A stretch of 64,000 bases of DNA. It comes from Haliotis cracherodii. Lineage: Eukaryota. The DNA lies in the NCBI RefSeq assembly GCF_022045235.1, contig NW_027266272.1, forward strand, positions 29,760,001 to 29,824,000, read 5' to 3'. Position 1 is the stretch's first letter. Every line of letters begins with the position of its first letter. Position numbers and translations under genes: made by a program. Below are positions 51,158 to 61,193 of this stretch, one piece after another. Under the pieces are notes generated by a model. It did not search any database. It was not told the origin of the DNA and worked only from the letters and a program-made list of their open reading frames with translations.

Positions 51158-52402
51158 ATGGGAGGGAACCACAGCTGGCTCACAACACTGGTCGTCCTCA
51201 GTCAACTCGTGATGACAACGACAGCCTGCGCAGGATGCGTGTGCTTCGCTACTTTCGCTACGTGTTCTGACATTAAACACGTGACAACTCTCCCGTCCAA
51301 TATCGAGACACTAGTTGTCAGGGACATCACAGTGGAATCACTGCCGAGCTTTGCGTTCAGTCATCTGAAACAGCTGACCGAACTTGATATTCAGTCTTCA
51401 TACATTGGCGTTGTTCGTAAGAATGCATTTAGTGACATTGACAAACTAGACGTGCTGTCGATATCGTTCAGTGACATATCAGTTGTTGAGAATGGAGCCT
51501 TTTACGGCCTTAGAGGCATGTCGTCTCTGGAAATAAGTGATACCAGACTCGATAAAATCGAAATGGATTCGTTCTCGGATATCACTGATATCAGCGATAT
51601 TACCGTGAAATCATGCAACATCTCGGTTATTGGGAAAATGGCGTTTCATAATGTATCCACTGTTGACGTTTTTCAGTTTTACGAGAACAGGGTTGACGTT
51701 ATTGAAGCTGATGCGTTTTCAAACTGGAGAAACATCAGAACTGCCAACGTCAACTCAAATAGATTCGAAAGATTCGAATGTATTTCTGACAAATCGTTCG
51801 CAGTTGCCTTTTCATTCAATTTCTACAAGAATTATCTGACATGCGAATGCCATACAGCTTGGATTCTTACATCGCCGTATCTAAAAGGACATTTATTGTC
51901 GAACATGTGTTTTGCCCCGAAGAGTCAAGTAGACTTGAGCATGTCTTCTGTAACAAGGGCCGATCTCAGTTGCCCTTTCAACCCATCGCCATTACAGATG
52001 GGGTGCCCTTCTGACGCAGCAGTGACGTCACCTCCCGTCGTTAATGATACAACTACGTCACGTCACTCACGAATGACGTCGTCAACCATGTCTACAACGC
52101 CTTCTACATCTACAACCAACTCTCAAACTGAGACTTCTACAGAATATGAGTCAACGTCAACATCAAAGACTCCAACTATTGAGACAGAAACGCCAACGGT
52201 GGCCGACTTCTCGCATTCATCATTCATTGCTACAACCACTTCTGGTGAGAACTCCGGAAGTGACGCGCCTTCATCAACTGACCAGTCAGCAACCAGTGTG
52301 TCTCCCAGTACTTCCGGGCAATCCTCGAGAGGGACCAACCCACAAGTTCACGTCCCAACACTGCTGGCTATTGTCATGTTACTTTGTACTATCATAGTAT
52401 AG
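51158..52402 (+). CDS. Cell-surface leucine-rich repeat protein (signal peptide, LRRNT, ~7 24-aa LRRs, LRRCT, Ser/Thr-rich stalk, hydrophobic C-terminus/probable GPI signal), 414 aa
   Basis: Non-repetitive ORF with CAGCVC...C cap, LxxLxIxxxxIxxVxxxAF repeats, NYLTCEC..W..C..C, and a TLLAIVMLLCTIIV end with no cytoplasmic tail. Splice acceptor tttcag at 51141-51146 just before the ATG; AATAAA at ~52884. Confidence 0.92.
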   Translation: MGGNHSWLTTLVVLSQLVMTTTACAGCVCFATFATCSDIKHVTTLPSNIETLVVRDITVESLPSFAFSHLKQLTELDIQSSYIGVVRKNAFSDIDKLDVLSISFSDISVVENGAFYGLRGMSSLEISDTRLDKIEMDSFSDITDISDITVKSCNISVIGKMAFHNVSTVDVFQFYENRVDVIEADAFSNWRNIRTANVNSNRFERFECISDKSFAVAFSFNFYKNYLTCECHTAWILTSPYLKGHLLSNMCFAPKSQVDLSMSSVTRADLSCPFNPSPLQMGCPSDAAVTSPPVVNDTTTSRHSRMTSSTMSTTPSTSTTNSQTETSTEYESTSTSKTPTIETETPTVADFSHSSFIATTTSGENSGSDAPSSTDQSATSVSPSTSGQSSRGTNPQVHVPTLLAIVMLLCTIIV

Positions 52403-53104
52403 ACACATCCTGCATGGGATAGACCGACAACGTCAGAGACATTTGCATGGAGAACATTGTATATTTTGGATAGTACATATAGTGATCAGCCCAATATATA
52501 CACAGAACAAGGACCACGCCATACCACATTTAATATACAGATGTGAATGGACTCATATGTCATACGTTTCGATCAGTTACCACGCTTTAGCGTGTTCCTC
52601 GTCAGAATTGTTTTGTTTTTATTTTTGTTTTGCTCTATTGTCACATTTCATCCACGTGTTTGAAATGACCTTGTGGTGATGAGAAACACCTAGAAGGATC
52701 ATGCTCTTACATGGAAACACTATCGCTAGTTTGTGATGGTGATATATGTGACAGGAGTGTGTTGTATATACTGAATATGTCGGTGTGATGTCATGTGAAC
52801 CAACAAATTAAACTTGACTCATGTAATTTTTTATGTAAATAGTTAGCTCCTTATTTATCAGGTTTTGTCAAATGTTTTTTAGAAATAAACATATCATTTT
52901 TATACTACAATGTAAAATGCATTCCTCTCCAAAAATATAATAGCAAATACACATTTCAATGAATATAAATAGGAATCTCCTTTTGGCTATTTCGAGATAG
53001 ATAAATGTTGCTACATGTAGGTGTGAGAGGACACGGATTTCCGATTTTCGGGACTTGAGGCATGATGAAGTGCCGGATGCGACACCATAGTATTTACATA
53101 AAGT

Positions 53105-53480
53105 AGGGAATACTCAGTATTTCGTCCAAGAAAACTGGAAATGAGACAGTTGTTGCTTGCTGGTACTCTGTTAAATGTAGAGACACCGATTTACTCTTTC
53201 CCTAGGAAGCTATGTGGCCACTGGTGGCCCAGCAATCTAAGGCGAATCGATTCACATTGCAGAGATGCGTCCCTTACGAGTCTGGATCCTCAGATCGTAG
53301 TTTACCATACCAGTTTCGGTTGATATGATTTGAAAGCATCACATTGGTCCTCGTGGGGTTTTAACAAATCGGTGAACATATACAACATGCGACACGTCGG
53401 GCTTTCCTCCCACATCAAGCTGACGCATCGTGATATAACTAAAATACTGTTCAAAGCGGTCCAACTTACTAACTGTATGG
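53105..53480 (+). mobile_element. Degenerate SINE family 2 copy (recognisable from ~53220)
   Basis: ggtggcccagcaatctaaggcg ... gatataactaaaatactgttcaaagcgg. Confidence 0.5.
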
Positions 53481-53524
53481 ATAAATGAATCAACGGAATT
53501 TATTCCGAGTTAGAATTGGTTTTC

Positions 53525-53722
53525 AGCAAGCAATGTTTGTCTTAAAAGGTGACAAAGGGGATCGGGTGGTCAAGCCTCGCTGACGCAGTTGATGCGTGTC
53601 ATCATATCCCAATTGTGTAGATCGATGCACATGATGCCAGTCGCTGGATTCTCTGGTCCGATTATTTACAGACCGCTGTCATTTTGCTGAGTGCGGCTTC
53701 AAATAACAAACACACAAACAAA
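53525..53722 (+). mobile_element. Degenerate SINE family 1 copy
   Basis: gggatcgggtggtcaag ... ttatttacagaccgctgtcat ... aacaaac. Confidence 0.7.
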
Positions 53723-53759
53723 CGGAGTGTATACGGATGAGTCAATGTAACGCGCGCGT

Positions 53760-56230
53760 TTGTCAGATACGTAAAGAGATTCATACCAGAAGGCGTCACA
53801 TATGTAAGGTAATTTACATCAGCAGTTGTCTGATACGTATATTGATTTACACCAGCAGTTGTCAGACACGTAAAGTGATTTACACCAGCAGTTGTCAGAT
53901 ACGTAAAGTGATTTACACCAGAAGTTGTCAGACATGTAAAGTGATACACACCAGCAGTTGACAGATACGTAAAGTGATTTACACCAGAAGTTGTCAGATA
54001 CGTAAAGTGATTTACACCAGAAGTTGTCAGACACGTAAAGTGATTTACACCAGCAGTTTTCAGATACGTAAACTGATTTACACCAGTAGGTGTCACATAT
54101 GTTAAGTGTTTTACACCAGCAGTTGTCCGATACGTATATTGATTTACACCAGAAGTTGACAGATATGTAAAGTGATTTACACCAGAAGTTGTCACGTATG
54201 TAAAGTGTTTTACACCAACAGTTGTCAGATACGTAAAGTGATTTATGCCAGCAGTTGTCAGATACGTATATTGATTTACACCAGCAGTTGTCAGACACGT
54301 ATATTGTTTTACACCAGCAGTTGTCAGACACTTATATTGCTTTACACCAGCAGTTGTCAGATACGTATATTGATTTACATCAGCAGTTGTCAGATACGTA
54401 TATTGATTTACACCAGCAGTTGTCAGATACTTAAAGTGATTTACACCAGCAGTTGTCAGATACTTAAAATGATTTACACCAGAAGTTGTCAGATACGTAA
54501 AGTGATTTACACCAGAAGTTGACAGAAATGTAAAGTGATTTACTCCAGAAGTTGACAGATACATAAAGTGATTTACACCAGAAGTTGTCAGATACGTAAA
54601 ATAAATTAACTCCAGAAGTTGACAGATACGTAAAGTGATTTACACCAGAAGTTGTCAGATACGTAAAGTGATTTACACCGGAAGTTGACAGATATGTAAA
54701 GTGATTTACACCAGAAGTTGTCAGATACGTAAAGTGATTTACACCAGAAGTTGTCAGATACGTAAAGTGTTTTACACCAGCAGTTGTCCGATACGTATAT
54801 TGATTTACACCAGCAGTTGTCAGACACGTATATTAATTGTTTTACACTAGCAGTTGTCAGATACTTAAAGTGATTTACACCAGAAGTTGTCACGTATGTA
54901 AAGTGTTTTACACCAGCAGTTGTCAGATACGTAAAGTGATTTACACCAGCAGTTTTCAGATACGTAAACTGATTTACACCAGAAGGTGTCACATATGTTA
55001 AGTGTTTTACACCAGCAGTTGTCCGATATGTATATTGATTTACACCAGCAGTTGTCAGATACTTAAAGTGATTTACACCAGCAGTTGTCAGATACATAAA
55101 GTGATTTACACCAGAAGTTGACAGATATGTAAAGTGATTTACTCCAGAAGATGACAGATACGTAAAGGGATTTACACCAGAAGTTGTCAGATACGTAAAG
55201 TGATTTACACCAGAAGTTGACAGATATGTAAAGTGATTTACACCAGAAGTTGTCAGATACGTAAAGTGATTTACACCAGAAGTTGTCAGACACGTAAAGT
55301 GATTTACACCAGCAGTTTTCAGATACGTAAACTGATTTACACCAGTAGGTGTCACATATGTTAAGTGTTTTACACCAGCAGTTGTCCGATACGTATATTG
55401 ATTTACACCAGCAGTTGTCAGACACGTATATTGTTTTACACCAGCAGTTGTCAGATACTTAAAGTGATTTACACCAGAAGTTGTCAGATACGTAAAGTGA
55501 TTTACTCCAGAAGTTGACAGATACGTAAAGGGATTTACACCAGAAGTTGTCAGATACGTAAAGTGATTTACACCAGAAGTTGTCAGATACGTAAAGGGAT
55601 TTACACCAGAAGTTGTCACGTATGTAAAGTGTTTTACACCAGCAGTTGTCAGATACGTAAAGTGATTTACACCAGAAGTTGACAGATATGTAAAGTGATT
55701 TACACCAGAAGTTGGCAGATACGTGAAGTGATTTACACCAGAAGTTGTCACGTATGTAAAGTGTTTTACACCAACAGTTGTCAGATACGTAAAGTGATTT
55801 ATGCCAGCAGTTGTCAGATACGTATATTGATTTACACCAGCAGTTGTCAGACACGTATATTGTTTTACACCAGCAGTTGTCAGACACTTATATTGCTTTA
55901 CACCAGCAGTTGTCCGATATGTATATTGATTTACATCAGCAGTTGTCAGATACGTATATTGATTTACACCAGCAGTTGTCACATATGTCAAGTGTTTTAC
56001 ACCAGCAGTTTTCAGATACGTAAAGTGATTTACACCAGAAGTTGTCAGACATGTAAAGTGATACACACCAGCAGTTAACAGATACGTAAAGTGATTTACA
56101 CCAGCAGTTTTCAGATACGTAAAGTGATTTACACCAGAAGTTGTCAGATATGTAAAGTCATTTACCGTGGCAGTTATTTATACTGCCAGTTTTCAGATGA
56201 TATGTAAAGTGGTTTATTCTGGCAGTTGAC
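53760..56230. repeat. 33-bp minisatellite (gtcagatacgtaaagtgatttacaccagaagtt), ~70-75 units with higher-order blocks
   Basis: Direct inspection; 11-aa period in the minus-strand ORFs. Confidence 0.95.
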
Positions 56231-57690
56231 AGGTGATTGTGGGAGACGCTCCATCTATATTACCAGTGTTTTCAAATGTATTTCGTGCTGGTGTAAAATC
56301 CTTAAAATGAATACTACTAGATTACAAAAGCAAACCTATCTTATGTTGTATAGCCTGGACAGTTTAAACCGCTGTTTAAATACGGATATACATACATTTC
56401 GATTGTTCAGGATGTTAGAGATACTGGTATTTTCTTATCTGAATTTTAACAACGATTAGCAGAAATACGTGTATAACACGAGTATCATGTGACGTCGTGG
56501 GTAACAATAATTTAAGTAGAAATACATTTAAATAGTAACTTGGAAACATCAAATATAGCACTAAATACCTAAAAATCACCAACACATCATGATCATTTCC
56601 TTTTTTATATCGAAATTAAATCGCTTCCATCTTTATTTTCGCACAGAATTTATATCACTCGCGAGAATAATTTGATTGGACAGCTACTTTAAGCGTCTTA
56701 TTTTTTTCGAATCGGGTCTAAACGAATCTAAGGTAGTGAATTAGTGCGGGAGATAAACATATGACGTTTTGACAATGACGTATCCAGTTCATGCCTCGTA
56801 CAAACTTATCCGATTCCCGTTTTGAATAGAAAATTAAAGCGCACGTAATATATTATATGTTCCACCTATTAGTGGTATTCCGGCAACGGAAAATTGATAT
56901 TACTTCCCTTTGAAAACATGTTAAAATCCGGGAAATGGTGTGGACGTAAATAACGTTTTTTGTTGGACTTTGTTTTTCGGATGTCGTCATATCTTTGTTA
57001 TTTTCACACATGATAGTATTTAAGTCCTTAGTTAAAGCATGAAAGTTAATGAAAAATAATGTTGTGTGCGAAAATGCCGAATGAAAATGATATATTTTCA
57101 GTAATTATTCCGGTATCATAATCCGAATCACAGGATTTCTCTTCTGTCTTTTCACAAACGTGTTGTAACATTACGAGCTAAGTAAGGCGATTATCAGTAA
57201 TGTAAGTACAACTAGAAACAACCTAAATATTTCACAAGATGGCAGAAAGATCAATAATCTGGTTTGTAACTGAAATTCAATTTCCTTTTCAGGCAACGCC
57301 ATTCAGTTCCAACAGTAAAATGGCATCCGTAAGGGATTATGGCGACTGAATCCGTCATCTTCAAGTTCACACCGTCGGTAGAAATAAGTCATTAGCTATA
57401 GTTGTCTACTATTCTGCTTGTGTCTCTGGAATGGAAGAGGAAACTGAACCAACACTTGCACCGTGAGTTTCATGTTCTACGATGCTATTTCACGCTGACA
57501 GGGTCAAGCGGTCGGTTCTCAAAAGTTTATTCTGTGACAAATATGAGTAAATGTTTCTGCATTGTGTTAATCACTAGCTGTAGTAATTTATGTGTAACAG
57601 AATCGACTAAATCAATGAATGTTGAAACTAGTCATTGTGGAGAAACACTGACAAAATCACACAAATGTTCGAAATTCATTGGGTAACTCT

Positions 57691-58492
57691 TAGGCCTGGT
57701 ACGAGTCCAAATTTACTAGCCGGGTACCCGACCCTACCCGGGTACCTGCTGTAGCTCTCAAAAGTTGGGTACAAAATGTCCGATTGAGAATTGTTTTACT
57801 GGAGCCTGGCCAAAACTATTTTGATAGTAATGCATATCGTCGGATCATCATGATAATAGGTGTTCGGACGGCAATGTTAATCGCGATTTGGGCCTATTCG
57901 ATGTAACATCAACAGACATTGTAAATAGCCAGATGATGGCTTATTTTTAACAGAAAGTTGTCTTTTATAAGTGAATGGGATGTTTTACAGTTGTTCATGT
58001 GATTTGGGAGAAAACTACGAATGTTTCTAAGCGTCCGAATACCCATAACAAGGGGATACAAAGAAATAGCATCTGGTTATGCATACACTGTATAGTTGAC
58101 TGAAGCTTTATCTTTACTCAAAACATATGAAAGTCACAAGAAGTGCGTGCATAGAGAGAAGGAAATGCGAACATTAGCGACTTGTAGTGTAACCATGGGT
58201 GGATACAGCTTTTTCGAAAAGGGGGGGTGCACAATTAAGATCTATTTATTGTCTTTGGTGGTAATTTTTACAGAAATAAAGATTTTTTTCGAAATAAAAA
58301 TGGGGGTTGCGCACCCCCGCACCCCTCTCTGTATCCGCCCATGGTAACCTTGGAGTTACAGTGAATTTTTGTCCTTAAACTTTATCAGGTTACTAACCAT
58401 TGGTCCGGGTAGTCCTGAGCAATGCTGAGGGTACCCGGGTCCGACTCAGTACCCACCAGAACCCGGGTACCCGAGTTAGCCATCCAAGCCCT
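57691..58492. mobile_element. hAT-like MITE, full length
   Basis: Termini taggcctgg / ccaagcccta; imperfect 8-bp TSD gtaactct / gtgacact; subterminal cgggtacccg palindromes. Confidence 0.75.
58194..58343. mobile_element. 150-bp MITE nested in the hAT-like element
   Basis: TIR catggg(t/c)ggatacag; 5-bp TSD gtaac; the empty site is seen in the copy at ~190. Confidence 0.75.
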
Positions 58493-58636
58493 AGTGACAC
58501 TCAACAAAATGTTACAAGTTGAAGATTTAGGCTAGTCTGGAGGCTACTATTAATAATAGTAACTGTATTGCACCTGCAATCTCAAGGACCAACACTGGCT
58601 ACACATGCCAAATAACCCATTATTATTGTTCTAATG

Positions 58637-58880
58637 GACCCGTGAAGATCCAGGGTAGAATAGGTCTTCAGCAACCCATGCTTGTTGTAAAAAGTGACTA
58701 TGCTTGTCGTAAGAGGCGACTAACGGGATCGGGTGGTCAGGCTGACTTGGTTAATGCATGTCATTGTATCCCAATTGCGTGGATCGATGCTCATGATGTC
58801 AATTACTGGATTGTCTGGTTCAGACTCAATGATTTACAGACCGCTGTCATATGGCGTTAAACAACAAACAAACAAACAAA
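58637..58880 (+). mobile_element. SINE family 1, full length
   Basis: Perfect 13-bp TSD tattgttctaatg (58624-58636 / 58881-58893). Confidence 0.93.
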
Positions 58881-59316
58881 TATTGTTCTAATGATGTCAC
58901 TAAGAATATGCAGGATGTCATCAAAAACGACTTAAGACAATGATTAAAAAATATATGACCATACCAGTTGAAGAAAAAAATGGAGCAGCTTTAGAATACA
59001 GTACCACTAGTTTTCTCTCAAAGACAATTTAAGCAACCAGCATTTGTGAGAATCCTCGGATGCAACCGTCAGATTGTAGGCCCGACAGCTAACCGACTGA
59101 GCTACGGCCACACGGTGAAACTGAGTGCAAATTTACCTAGTCATGCCATTACTGAAGAAATGTAGCGGTTGAAATTGGCTTTTGTGACTGTTCCAGGACA
59201 GTTTCCAGTCGCCAAAATATTTGACACTAAACCATTTCATCCTGCTTTCTCCATGTTTTTGTGTGAAGAATATTAGGAGCCATTATTGAATCTAAAATAA
59301 CCACCAAACAGGTACT

Positions 59317-59853
59317 GTACCTAACCCCAATGATCATAAAGCTAGGATTGATTGATCGTAAAGGGGATCCAAGGGCTGAGGATAGAGTTCGGGTAAACTT
59401 ATAGCCACTAAATGGGTACCTAACCCCAATGATCATAAAGCTAGGATTGATTGATCGTAAAGGGGATCCAAGGGCTGAGGATAGAGTTCAGGTAATCTTA
59501 TAGCCACTAAATGGGTACCTAACCCCAATGATCATAAAGCTAGGATTGATTGATCGTAAAGGGGATCCAAGGGCTGAGGATAGAGTTCGGGTAATCTTAT
59601 ATGGGTACCTAACCCCAATGATCATAAAGCTAGGATTGATTAATCGTAAAGGGGATCCAAGGGCTGAGGATAGAGTTCGGGTAATCTAATATGGGTACCT
59701 AACCCCAATGATCATAAAGCTAGGATTGATTGATCATAAAGGGGATCCAAGGGCTGAGAATAGAGTTCGGGTAATCTTATAGCCACTAAATGGGTACCTA
59801 ACCCTAATGATCGTAAAGGGGATCCAAGGGCTAAGGATATAGTTCGGGGTATC
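59317..59853. repeat. 99/90-bp tandem repeat, ~5.5 copies
   Basis: Unit starts (gtacctaacccc) at 59317, 59416, 59515, 59605, 59695 and 59794. Confidence 0.93.
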
Positions 59854-60302
59854 TAATCGGAACTTTGGTGACGTTTGGATGTGTTCAGCGCAAATATAAT
59901 ATACCTAACTGCGTTCCTGTGCATGCATGTCGAAATGATCGATCACTGAGAGGAGCTTATGCACATTCAATGACTAGACGTCACAGGACATGGTTTTGCC
60001 GGTGTGACTGACAAAAAGTACAACAAATTACGTCATTGGGTATTGTGATGTGTTTGAAAAGTTTGTGGTACTGTATTCTTAAGGTAGGGCGAAAAAACAA
60101 TATTAGCAAACAGGACTTTTTAGAGAAAGTTCACACATATTAATTGATCTAACCAGGCCAAAACATGATTATGCATGAATTTTGCTAAAAAGTCCAGTGA
60201 CACAGATTTTGAAAGAGCAGCAATAACCAAGGGGTCAAAGACACATATGATTTATTTGCTTCCAAGTTTTGTTAAGAAAGTTTGTCAGCATGAACCAAGT
60301 GC

Positions 60303-61107
60303 CATCTTCCCGAGGCCAATCTAGGCTGGAATTATGGTCTTATGGAATTATACTTTAGCTAGACAAACAAGTCTATGTATAGTTCGATCAAAATTGCGTA
60401 GCAAAATCAACATCCGGTTTGTAAATTGCTGTGCAGATTTCTGTCAATTGCAGGATTTGCAAAGCATGTGTACCAACAATTCAGCAACAACATGTTTTTA
60501 CTCACGGTGCTCATGTGATTTGATGCACTTCACAAAGTAAGAACCATTTTATTACAATATAGATCTTGATTATTGATCAGATCGTCTTCACTTGGCGACG
60601 CCATTTTGTTTGAGTGAGTGAGTGAGTTGGGTTTAACGCCGCTTTTAACATTATTCCAGTTATATCACGGCGCGTCAGCTTAATGTGGGAGGAAAGCCCC
60701 AAGTGATGCAGGTCTCAGACTTTTTCCACTTCGGTGAAACCCACGAGCACGGGTATGGTGCTGACAAACCTAGAAACATAATTGGGGCGAACCGGCATTC
60801 GAACCCACAATCATAGGTTTCTGGCGTGTCCAGGGACGCAACTCTGCACAGCGAATCGCAGCGCCTTAGACGACTGGGCCACCCGTGACCACCCCCCCCC
60901 CCCCCCCCCCCCCCCATTTTGTTTGAAGCAAATCCAAGTGATATGAGAGGTGGAGTCTGATTGGTCAATAGGAGGGACTAGAAGGGACATACGGTAACTT
61001 GAATAGCCTCTGGTGGCGCTTCTATCGAACCCAGAAATACAAGCCTAGTTCGGCGAGGGTTGAAACTGGACTTTTACAGTCAGTTAGCTCCCTGCCTTGG
61101 GAATATG
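60303..61107. mobile_element. Second copy of the 9-bp-TSD MITE, with a partly deleted left TIR and a nested SINE
   Basis: Colinear with 2603-3160; degenerate TSD accaagtgc / gccaggcgc. Confidence 0.85.
60614..60913 (-). mobile_element. SINE family 2 nested in the MITE
   Basis: (gtga)n tail, tRNA-like head, and TSD ccattttgtttga on both sides. Confidence 0.88.
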
Positions 61108-61193
61108 GCCAGGCGCAAGCTATATCTAGTTCCTTAAATTGAGCCCTTTCAGCTGTGACTCTAGATATTGTTTGACTGTCATCTGTTCTCCAG

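Noticed and set aside
53662-56066. 11-aa repeat protein (TYLTTSGVNHF)n, or a CRISPR array
   Set aside because: Frame breaks at ~54600 and ~54835 and mostly non-synonymous variation. Variable parts are related variants rather than unique spacers, there are no cas genes, and the context is eukaryotic.
56450-57330. Possible Crypton-like remnant, or promoter/first exon (tttcag...ATGGCATCC|gtaagg at ~57290-57330)
   Set aside because: No defining termini seen, and the exon phase does not match the 61194 exon; insufficient support.
59370-59410. Hammerhead ribozyme (CTGAGGA) in the 99-bp repeat, i.e. a retrozyme
   Set aside because: No GAAA after a plausible stem II and no closing stems found.
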